Positions 23,087 to 32,378 of a stretch of 32,378 bases of DNA are shown here, one piece after another. Source of the stretch: Octopus sinensis (Eukaryota); assembly GCF_006345805.1 (NCBI RefSeq), contig NW_021833546.1, forward strand, positions 1 through 32,378, in the 5' to 3' direction. The notes under the pieces are model-generated. The model saw nothing but the letters and a program-made list of their open reading frames with translations, was not told the DNA's origin and searched no databases. The position numbers and the translations under genes were made by a program. Each line of letters opens with the position of its first letter. The first letter of the stretch is position 1.

Positions 23087-23462
23087 GGTGCAGGAGTGGC
23101 TGTGTGGTAAGTAGCTTGTTTACCAACCACATGGTTCCGGGTTCAGTCCCACTGCGTGGCACCTTGGGCAAGTGTCTTCTACTATAGCCTCGGGCCAACC
23201 AAAGCCTTGTGAGTGGATTTGGTAAATGGAAACTGAAAGAAGCCCATCGTATATATGTGTATATATATATATATACACTGGTAACCTTATATATTACTAT
23301 ATGTCGTATACTTATATATATGGTGTGTGGGGGGGATATTTGTTTGTATGTATGTCTGTGTTTGTTCCCCTACATTGCTTGACAACCAATATTGATGTGT
23401 TTATGTCCCTGTATCTTAGCATTTCGGTAGAAAAGACCAATAAAATATGTAATAAGCTTACA
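23087..23462 (+). mobile_element. SINE family A, 3'-incomplete
   Basis: Head, internal microsatellite and middle segment present; terminal tail missing. Confidence 0.75.
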
Positions 23463-23825
23463 TGTGCCTCCACTCATAAAACATTGAATTAAGTTTAATT
23501 TATATGTCTCGAGCTATGCCATGCTGATGACTTCTGAAAAAACTGAAATAGCACTGTATATGTCTACAAACGACTAGAAACTTTAAGATCTTTATAACCT
23601 AAATCTTTTATCTTTTACATGTTTCACTCATTGGACAACAGCCATAGTGGGGGTGGGGTATCACTTTGAAGGGCTTTAGTTGACCGAATTTACTCCAGTA
23701 CTTATGATTTTATTTAAACTTGGTATTTATCCCTTCAGTTTCTATTGCCAACAAGTTGTCAAGCAACAGCTGGGAACAAACATAAGTCACACACACACAC
23801 ACAGATATATATCTCTTTCTCTCTT

Positions 23826-24222
23826 CTCTCTTTTACTTGTTTCAGTCATTTGACTGCGGCCATGCTGGAGCACCGCCTTTTAGTCGAGCAAATCGACCCC
23901 GGGACTTATTCTTTGTAAGCCCAGTACTTATTCTATCGGTCTCTTTTGCCGAACCGCTAAGTGACAGGGACGTAAACACACCAGCATTGGTTGTCAAGCA
24001 ATGCTAGACACAGACACACAAACACACACACACACATATATATATATATACATATATACGACAGGCTTCTTTCAGTTTCCGTCTACCAAATCCACTCACA
24101 GGGCATTGGTCGGCCCGGGGCTATAGCAGAAGACACTTGCCCAAGGTGCCACGCAGTGGGACTGAACCCGGAACCATGTGGTTGGTTAGCAAGCTACTTA
24201 CCACACAGCCACTCCTGCGCCT
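23826..24222 (-). mobile_element. SINE family A, full length
   Basis: Reverse complement of the 5800-6210 and 26313-26717 sequence. Confidence 0.8.
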
Positions 24223-24533
24223 TATATATATATATATTTTTTTTTTTAATGCAGGCATGTAAAAAATATATTTATCATTAAATATAATAATATAACTTAT
24301 TTACATGCTTTTAAGTTATGAAACAATTTGTTATGATAAAATGTTTTTATTGTTAAATAAAAAATTATTCAAACTATTTCGCTGTTGTTTGTGATTTTAT
24401 ACACTCCTTATCATTTTTTTCTTGTGTTGTACCAAATGTTCTATGTTTTGTAGATTGATACATTAAGGAGTTTTAATGAGTACTGATGGATTACTTAAAT
24501 CCATATATTGTGACTTAAATTTATGTCCATATC

Positions 24534-24870
24534 ATCATCATCATCATCATCATTTAACGTCCGTTCTCCATGCTAGCATGGGTTGGACGGTTCGACCGGG
24601 GATCTGGGAAGCCAGAAGGCTGCATCAGGCTCCAGTCTTATCTGGCAATGTTTCTACAGCTGGATGCCCTTCCTAACGCCAACCACTCCGTGAGTGTAGT
24701 GGGTGCTTTTTACGTGCCACCTGCACAGGTGCCAGGCGAGGCTGGCAACGGCCACGGTCGGATTGGTGTATTTTATGTGCCACCGGCACGGAAGCCAGTC
24801 GAGGCGGCGCTGGCATCGGCCACGAGTCGGATAGTGCTTTTTACGTACCACCAGACCAGGGATCCTGGTT
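24534..24870 (-). mobile_element. Same RTE-tailed retroposon family
   Basis: (CAT)n followed by ttaacgtccgttctccatgctagcatggg, the reverse complement of 28000-28150. Confidence 0.7.
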
Positions 24871-25156
24871 GGTTCAATTCGATTTCGATTTCGATATATA
24901 TATTTCGATTTCCATATATATATATATATATATATATAATATGAGTAAATAATTTCTATAATGGTTTTTAAAAAAACCAACAATTATTTACTGGTAGAAT
25001 TCGGTATGTAAATATAGCCGATCAACGGTAGGAACTTCTGTAAAGTTCAGTATATATATTGTATATAAGTAAATGGGGCAGGCAACAGGTTGCTTGGCCG
25101 CATACCGAAAAATTAGAAATAGAAGTCAAGACTGTTTATTTCTATTATCTATATGT

Positions 25157-25620
25157 ATATAGGGAGAGTTCACAAAAAAAACATCAAAAGACAAAGTGGT
25201 GTATAAAACAAACAGATGAATTAGTATAATGCTCAGGAATTGAAAAAGTCTTTTATGTTTTGAACCTATGCTCTTCTACAGAAAGGGACACAGAAAATAA
25301 CCAGGAGAGAAACAAGGAGAGAAAAAACATGTTTGTAGTGGCTACTGATCTATCATGGTGACTGGGGTGGAAATGGAGGCGGAAACCTTTAGGGATGAGG
25401 CGGTGATGTAAGCAGCGACTGAGAAATGAAATGTAGCTAGAGAAGCGAGTTTTTTTTTTTAAATTAGTAAAGAAAGGTTAACAGAAGGCTGAAAGTAGTG
25501 GGAAGGAAGTTTGCGGAGGTATTGTTTTAAGCGGTGGTGGAGAGTGAGGAGGTAGGATTTGTAGTCCGGCATGGTAGAATACATGGAGGAGAAAGAAAAA
25601 AAAATGTTGGGGAGGAAACA
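25157..25620 (-). mobile_element. Penelope-like element fragment (ORF N-terminus plus a decayed hammerhead-type repeat)
   Basis: Minus strand reads RFSSYISFLSRCLHHRLIPKGFRLHF (FL-x-x-C...LIPKG-x-x-L, as seen at Penelope-like ORF N-termini). Decayed core ctttctgtagaagagcataggttcaaaacataaaag at 25250-25285. Confidence 0.5.
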
Positions 25621-26312
25621 TTCGAAAGATGTGGGGAGAAAAAAAAAATTATTTAAAATTTTATTTATTTTTAAAAATAAATTCCACGTAACTAAACACT
25701 TTTAAACTTCGTATACTGGTAGAATGTGTTTATAAAACATCTTTTTCACTAGGCTTTATTGAGAAAATTCTATAGTTTGTAAGATATTTGTTGTTCTTTT
25801 TCTTCAATTTCTGCAATTTCAACCAATCAATGACGTCTATTGAGGTAAAGAACATTATGTGCCGTATGAATATGTCCCTCGTTTAAGAAACAGATTGGGT
25901 TTATTTACATTTCTGAAGAAAAAAAAGATACCTTTCCTCCCACCCCTAACCCTAAAACAGATTGAAATGCAATAGATCGATACTAGGGTCATAATAATGG
26001 GTGAAAATTTCATATGACACCGCTAGAAAAAAACTGCCGTTCAAACCGAAAAGATCCTTATTTTCTCTTAAAACAATTCTGTTTACATTTAAAATATAAA
26101 TAGAGAAGATTTGAGAAACCTGAAACATTGTGGCTGTGTGGTAAGAAGTTTGGTTCCCAACCACATGGTTCCGGGTTCAGTCCCACTACATGGCAACTTG
26201 GGCAAATGTCTTCTACTATAGCCTTGGGCCGACCAAAGTCCTGTGAGTGGATTTTGTAGACGGGAACTGAAAGGAGGCAGTCAGAATTTTGAATAATATT
26301 TTATTAGTATAT

Positions 26313-26717
26313 AGGCGCAGGAGTGGCTGTGTGGTAAGTAGCTTGTCTACCAACCACATGGTTCCAGGTTCAGTCCCACTGCGTGGCACCTTGGGCAAGT
26401 GTCTTCTACTATAACCTCGGGCCGACCAAAGCCTTGTGAGTGGATTTGGTAGACGGAAACTAAAAGGAGCCCATCGTATATATGTATATATATATATATG
26501 CGTGTGTGTGTTTGTCCCCCCAACATCACTTGACAACCGATGCTGGTGTGTTTATGTCCCCGTTACTTAGCGGTTCGGCAAAAGACACCGATAGAATAAG
26601 TACTGGGCTTACAAAAGAATAAGTCCCAGGGTCGAGTTGCTTGATTAAAAAGGCGGTGCTCCAGCATGGCCGCAGTCAAATGACTGAAACAAGTAAAAGA
26701 GAGAGTAAAGAGTAAAG
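26313..26717 (+). mobile_element. SINE family A, full length
   Basis: Runs from aggcgcaggagtggctgtgtgg to gactgaaacaagtaaaagag. A partial copy lies just upstream at 26130-26282. Confidence 0.8.
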
Positions 26718-26838
26718 AAAACATGAAACCAAGGGGTGCTACTCTTGAATAACATCGTTTGGTTGATTATCTCTCTTGGGTATGACTTTTGGGGGAAAAC
26801 TGTGCTGGATGATGAATTTGTTTGCATTATTGTATGTG

Positions 26839-27145
26839 TGGAGGCGCAATGGCCCAGTTGGTTAAGGCAGTGGACTCGCGGTCGTAGGATCGCGGTTTTG
26901 ATTCGCAGACCGAACATTGTGAGTGTTTATTGAACGAAAACACCTAAGGCTCCATGAGGCTCTGACAGGGGGTTTTGGTGAACCCTGCTGAGCCCTTTCA
27001 CCACAACTTTCTCTCACTCTTTCTTCCTGTTTCTGTTGTAATTCAAAGGTGCCAGCCTTGTCACACTCTGTGTCACGCTGAATCTCCCCGAGAACTACAT
27101 TAAGGGTACACGTGTCTGTGGAGTACTCAGCCACTTGCACATTAA
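26839..27145 (+). mobile_element. SINE family B head with tail type 2, 3'-incomplete
   Basis: Colinear with 28790-29105. Confidence 0.75.
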
Positions 27146-27164
27146 TAAATGAGCTGTGACATCA

Positions 27165-27320
27165 ATGGTGCCTTTCCCTTGGATAACACTGGTGGCGTGG
27201 AAAGGAGAGGCTGGTATGCGTGGTGACTTCTGGCCTTCCATAAGCAACCTTGCCTGGACTTGTGCCTCAGAGGGGAACTTTCTAGGTGCAATCTCATGGT
27301 CATTCATGACTGAAGGGGGT
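27165..27320 (+). mobile_element. Probable LINE-like 3' end fragment
   Basis: GC-richer island (ccttggataacactggtgg...catgactgaaggggg) resembling an interspersed repeat. Single copy here, so it cannot be confirmed internally. Confidence 0.3.
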
Positions 27321-27594
27321 CGTAATTCTGGATATGTGTAATGATTGTATGTTTATGTGCTGAGGGAGTTCATCAGGAGTAGGGCAGGTATCTTCTATGC
27401 TAGTCAAAAGGTAACATCCTAAACGTCAAAGAAGAAACTTTTTCTCCTTGCATAAAAAGCAATATTTTTTGCTTCAGCATTTCACAGAGGAACCATTGCC
27501 AACTCCACCAATCCCTTCATGATAGTGTCTTTCTTTGAATGTGAACATTGAATATGTAAAACACATGAATTCCACGCATAAAAAATACATATAT

Positions 27595-27757
27595 AGGCGT
27601 AGGAGTGGCTAGTGGTAAGTAGCCTGCTTACCAGCCTCGTGGTTCCATGTTCAGTCCCAGTGTGTGACACCTTGGGTAAGTGTCTTCTACTATAGCCTTG
27701 GGTCGACCAAAGCCTTGTGAGTGGATTTGGTAGAAGGAAACTGAAAGAAGCCTGTCA
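27595..27757 (+). mobile_element. SINE family A, 5' half
   Basis: Diverged head ending in a microsatellite. Confidence 0.7.
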
Positions 27758-27789
27758 TGTATATATGTATGTATATCATCATCATCATC

Positions 27790-28150
27790 ATCTTCATTTA
27801 GCCAGCCTCGTCTGGCACCTGTGCTGGTGGCACGTAAAAAGCACTCACTACACTGGCATGTGAAAAAACATTCGAGTGAGGTCATTGCCAGTGCCGCTGG
27901 ACTGGCTCCTGAGCAGGTGGCACGTAATGACACCATTTGAGCGCGGTCATTGCCCGTACTTCTTGACTGGCCCTCGTGCCAGTGGCATGTAAAAGCACCC
28001 ACTACACTCATGGAGTGGTTGGTGTTAGGAAGGGCATCCAGCTGTAGAAACACTACCAGATCAAGACTGGGGCCTGGTGCAGCCTCCTGGCTTCCCGGAC
28101 CCCGGTTGAACCATCCAACCCATGCTAGCATGGAAAGCGGACATTAAACG
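27790..28150 (+). mobile_element. Retroposon with an RTE-like (ATG)n-type 3' end and internal ~70-bp tandem units
   Basis: Repeated ggtggcacgtaaaaagcac units, then ttggtgttaggaagggcatccagctgtagaaa ... catgctagcatggaaagcggacattaaacgatgat. Confidence 0.65.
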
Positions 28151-28507
28151 ATGATTGACATGATTAAACGATGATTGACATGATTAAACGATGATTGACA
28201 TGATTAAATGATGATTGACATGATTAAACGATGATTGACATGATTAAATGATGATTGACATGATTAAATGATGATTGACATGATTAAACGATAATTGACA
28301 TGATTAAACGATGATTGACATGATTAAACGATGATTGACATGATTAAATGATGATTGACATGATTAAACGATGATTGACATGATTAAACGATGATTGACA
28401 TGATTAAATGATGATTGACATGATTAAACGATGATTGACATGATTAAATGATGATTGACATGATTAAACGATGATTGACATGATTAAATGATGATTGACA
28501 TGATTAA
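28143..28507 (+). repeat. 20-bp minisatellite (ATTAAAYGATGATTGACATG), about 18 copies
   Basis: Exact 20-nt periodicity with a C/T variant at one position and one G>A variant. Confidence 0.95.
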
Positions 28508-28789
28508 GGAGATATCGTACAACTGCAACCCTAGTGTCCATTTGGTCAGCTGAAAACAAATTTGGTACAAACTTGGCTGACACGCGTCTCATACCCAAAT
28601 CTTCCATGATAATAGACTGAAATGACCCGTAACTAAAACATTCTCTGATAACTCACAGATGGTGATTCGATGATTTCAACTCACAGCTACATGCTCATCA
28701 GTGATACTTTTCTCAATTCTGCTCATTGCAGGTCTCCCAGAACGTTCATCAATATCTACATTTTTTAAGCTATTTTGTACACTTGTGTG
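28503..28789 (-). pseudogene. Decayed mariner transposase fragment (HTH region onward)
   Basis: Minus strand reads ...VDIDERSGRPAMSR... then NHRITICELSENV..SYGSFQSIIMEDLGMRRVSAKFVPNLFSADQMDTRVAVVRYLL, matching mariner DDERSGRP and DLGMRRVSAKFVP motifs. Confidence 0.85.
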
Positions 28790-29176
28790 TGGAGGCGCAA
28801 AATGCCCAGTGGTTAGGACAGCAGACTCGCGGTCATAGGATTGCGGTTTCGATCCCCAGACCGGGCATTGTGAGTGTTTATTGAGCGAAAACACCTAAAG
28901 CTCCACGAGGCTCCGGCAAGGGATGGTGGTGATCCCTGCTGTACTCTTTCACCACAACTTTCTCTCACTCTTACTTCCTGTTTCTGCTGTACCTGTATTT
29001 CAAAGGGCTGGCCTTGTCACTCTCTGTGTCACGCTGAATATCCCCGAGAACTACGTTAAGGGTACACGTGTCTGTGGAGTGCTCAGCCACTTACACGTTA
29101 ATTTCACGAGCAGGCTGTTCCATTGATTCAGATCAACAGGAACCCTCGTCGTCGTAACTGACAGAGTGCTTCCACC
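28790..29176 (+). mobile_element. SINE family B head with tail type 2, full length with an 11-bp TSD
   Basis: TSD acacttgtgtg at 28779-28789 and 29177-29187. Interrupts the mariner. Confidence 0.85.
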
Positions 29177-29430
29177 ACACTTGTGTGCAGTTCATACACT
29201 CCTCTCCATAATCATTCTGCAACTTTGCGTAGTCCTCTGAGCAGGTATCGCCATGACAGCTTTCTCTGTCATGGTCAATGCGACGATCATACGCTACACA
29301 CCTTCCTTCCAAGCATTGCTGTAAAAAGCATAAGTGAGCTAGAACATTAAAACTCAGTGCTCATGCAAAACAGAGTTCAGTGTCAATCTCTGCCAAGCAG
29401 CTTCACTCTGTGTTGTTTAGCTTCGTTACT
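29177..29430 (-). pseudogene. 5' part of the same mariner element (5' noncoding region plus transposase N-terminus)
   Basis: Minus strand reads GDTCSEDYAKLQNDYGEECMNCTQV, which resembles mariner TETY-x-x-LQ-x-x-YGEECMSRTQVY. Continuous with 28503-28789 once the intervening SINE is removed. Confidence 0.75.
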
Positions 29431-29693
29431 ATGGCAACAGTCCAGATACTTAAGTTAAGTTAATTTAATTTTTTGGCTCAAAAAGCAAAAGCAAGGCCAT
29501 GTAGGGGGACATGGAGTTATGTACAGGGAGGGTGGTCATACAAAGAGTTCAGGCCATTTCTAGTCAAGAGAGACTTTGAACCGAGCGGTCATCGGCATCT
29601 TCACTATCTCGTCCGGCAGCTTATTGATCAGATCTCATAGGTGTGTGTATGTGTGTGCATATATGTTTATATACATACACACATACATACATT

Positions 29694-29736
<43 letters not shown>

Positions 29737-30007
29737 TATATACACATATATGCACAAACATTTATGTATAAACAAATATAATATATATACATACATACAC
29801 ACACACACACATAAAGGCCTGTCAATCTCTCATCAAAGACCATTCTTGAATTGTCCCAACATCAAACATGGCATCTCCACTGGGTTCTTTTTGACAACTG
29901 CTTTCAAAATATTTCTCATAGCTGTCCAGCTAATCATATAACATGTATACACACACATCTGAGGATAAATAGTGATTATTCATACATGTGTGTGTAGTAG
30001 GTATGTA

Positions 30008-30046
<39 letters not shown>

Positions 30047-30218
30047 TTATATATATATAGATAGATAGATAGATAGATAGATATATATATCTGTATGTTA
30101 TATATATATATATATATTATATATATATGTATATATATATAATATATATATATATATTGTATCTATACATATATACATATATATATATTATATGTATTAT
30201 ATATAATATATATATATA

Positions 30219-30261
<43 letters not shown>

Positions 30262-30311
30262 CATATACATATATATACACTTATATATATACATATTACA
30301 GAGAGAGAGAG

Positions 30312-30356
30312 TAGATAGATAGCTAGATAGATAGTTAGATAGATAGATAGATAGAT

Positions 30357-30413
<57 letters not shown>

Positions 30414-30449
30414 TATAGATAGATAGATATATAGATAGATGGATGGATG

Positions 30450-30525
<76 letters not shown>

Positions 30526-30535
30526 TACAGATAGA
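30312..30535. repeat. (GATA)n tract
   Basis: Direct observation. Confidence 0.95.
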
Positions 30536-30685
30536 CAGGCTGATAGATTTGGTAATGCAAACTCAAAACACGAATGTATATATGTATTTTTATTAATATT
30601 TAGCTGAAGCAACAGAGTGACTCACAGGGTGAGAATTTTGTATGTTAGATGGCCAGCTAGACAGATTTATATATATATATGTGTG

Positions 30686-30989
30686 TGGAGGCATAATGGC
30701 CAAGTGGTTAGGGCAGCGGACTCACAGTTGTAGGATTGCAGTTTCGATTCCCAGACCGGGCGTTGTAAGTGTTTATTGAGCGAAAAAATCCTAAAGCACC
30801 ACGAGGTTCCGGCTGGAGGTTGTGGCGACCCCTGCTGTATTCCTTCGCCATGACTTTCTCTCAATATTTCTTCTGTTGGCCTGCTCACTTAGCCAGCGGG
30901 GTGGCGTCATTTGAAGGCTAAAACAATGCAAAGCGCATTGTGACCAGCGATGTGTAGCAACATCTTTTAGCCTGGACGATCACGGTGAT
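30686..30989 (+). mobile_element. SINE family B, tail type 1
   Basis: Colinear with 22750-23049. Confidence 0.75.
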
Positions 30990-31046
30990 ATATATATATA
31001 AAAGATATATAATATTATATCTATATATATATATATATATAAAAGA

Positions 31047-31077
<31 letters not shown>

Positions 31078-31084
31078 ATATATA

Positions 31085-31121
<37 letters not shown>

Positions 31122-31260
31122 CTGGAGTAAACACATAAATGTGCATGCATGTGTGTGTATGTGTGTGTGTATTATATATATATATATATATAGATATATC
31201 ACACATACACATACACACACATGCATGCACATATACACACATATGTTTTTGTGTATATAT

Positions 31261-31790
31261 AGGCGCAGGAGTGGGTGTGTGGTAAGCAGCTTGCTTACCA
31301 ACCACATGACTCCGGGCTCAGTCCCACTGCGTGGCACCCTGGGCAAGTGTCTTCTACTATAGCCTCGGGCCGACCAAAGCCTTGTGAGTGGATTTGGTAG
31401 ACAGAAACTGAAAGAACTCCATCGCACATATGAATGTATGTATGCATGTATGTATGTATGAATGTATGTATGTATGTATGTATGTATGTGTGTGTATGTA
31501 TGTATGTATGTATGTATGTATGTATGTATGTATGTATGTATGTTTGTATGTATGAATGTATGTATGTTTGTATGTATGAATGTATGTATGTATGTATGTA
31601 TGTATGTGTATGTATGTGTGTGTGTATGTATGTATGTATGTATGTATGTACGTGAGTGAGTGTTTATCTCACTAGCATCACTTGACAACCGATGCTGGTG
31701 TGTTTACATCCCCATAACATAGCAGTTCAGCAAAAGAGACCGATAGGATAAGTGCTAGGCTAACAAAGATTAAGTCCTGGTGTCGATTCC
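31261..31790 (+). mobile_element. SINE family A with a greatly expanded internal (TATG)n tract
   Basis: Head 31261-31425, about 230 nt of (TATG)n, then the usual tagcatcacttgacaaccgatgctgg continuation. Confidence 0.75.
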
Positions 31791-31837
31791 AGGCCTTCTG
31801 CCTAGAGTAGGAAAGAATATTTTTGAAATTCAAATTT

Positions 31838-31970
31838 GCTTACCAACCACATGGTTCCAGGTTCAGTCCCACTGCATGGCACCTTGGGCCAGTATCTTCT
31901 ACTATAGCCTTGGGTCGACCAAAGCCTTGTGAGTGAATTTGGTAGACTGAAACTGAAAGAAGCCCATCGT
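31838..31970 (+). mobile_element. SINE family A, head fragment
   Basis: cttaccaaccacatggttccagg...aagaagcccatcg followed by (TA)n. Confidence 0.7.
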
Positions 31971-31975
31971 ATATA

Positions 31976-32023
<48 letters not shown>

Positions 32024-32209
32024 TTAAAGTTACTAAGTCTCTCTAAAAGAGAACAGCGGCAGCGTTCCCGGAAAATAATAGTTATCGCCATACTAATATG
32101 GCATTCTTATAAAAATAAGAATAAAGCTGTCCGCTTATTAGCTCCATGAGGCCATCGCCTTAAGTTAGCTATTTGATACACAAACTGTATCCATATAACC
32201 TTCGAACAA

Positions 32210-32378
32210 GGGAGGTCAGTCGCTCCACACTACTTGACCGAAGCTAGATAAATAAAACCTTCGAACAGAGATTGTCAGAAGCGACACCTACTGGTCTGGC
32301 TACGCTGCATTGAAAGGGGCAATACCCCGAAACGCGTCTGTAGCTGCCGGTCAAGTAGTGTGGAGCGACTGACCTCCC
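32210..32378 (+). mobile_element. Penelope-like terminal structure: 31-bp perfect inverted repeat enclosing a variant hammerhead
   Basis: gggaggtcagtcgctccacactacttgaccg (32210-32240) and its exact reverse complement at 32348-32378. Hammerhead-like motif at 32304-32344. Confidence 0.5.

Noticed and set aside
23515-23570. CTGATGA...GAAA hammerhead-like motif
   Set aside because: Helix II and helix I cannot be formed convincingly.
24570-24983. ORFs 24570-24944 and 27628-28131 (MLAWVG...)
   Set aside because: They lie within copies of an interspersed retroposon and run into microsatellites; no protein family was recognised.
25640-26120. Possible non-autonomous DNA element or Helitron-like repeat (contains ccctaaccctaa)
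   Set aside because: Single copy here with no termini I could verify; not supportable from this window, and too short to call telomeric.
28143-28507. CRISPR-like regular array
   Set aside because: The units are contiguous with no unique spacers, the context is eukaryotic, and there are no cas genes.

Overview
AT-rich, microsatellite-dense eukaryotic genomic DNA. The SINE types and composition suggest a cephalopod, probably Octopus (inference). One real protein-coding gene is visible on the + strand: three phase-compatible exons (6299-6472, 10236-10666, 16399-19460). Spliced, they give about 1220 aa: a cysteine pattern matching a zona pellucida (ZP-N + ZP-C) module, then an atypical ~900-aa acidic disordered tail with two basic blocks and no transmembrane segment. 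The large last exon has a 1-nt frameshift near 18453, and the 5' (signal-peptide) exon was not identified. The rest is a retroelement landscape. The first visible intron holds four stacked Tx1/L1-like 3' ends in (TCTA)n tracts. The second holds four R4/Dong-like RLE-endonuclease fragments and three copies of an unclassified ~555-bp element, all in (TAA)n tracts. Also present: several tRNA-derived SINE families with swapped modules, a decayed mariner split by a SINE, Penelope-like pieces with hammerhead ribozyme motifs, a 20-bp minisatellite grown from a retroposon 3' end, and several foldback elements. Most ORFs in the supplied track are microsatellite artefacts. All alignments and translations were done by eye.
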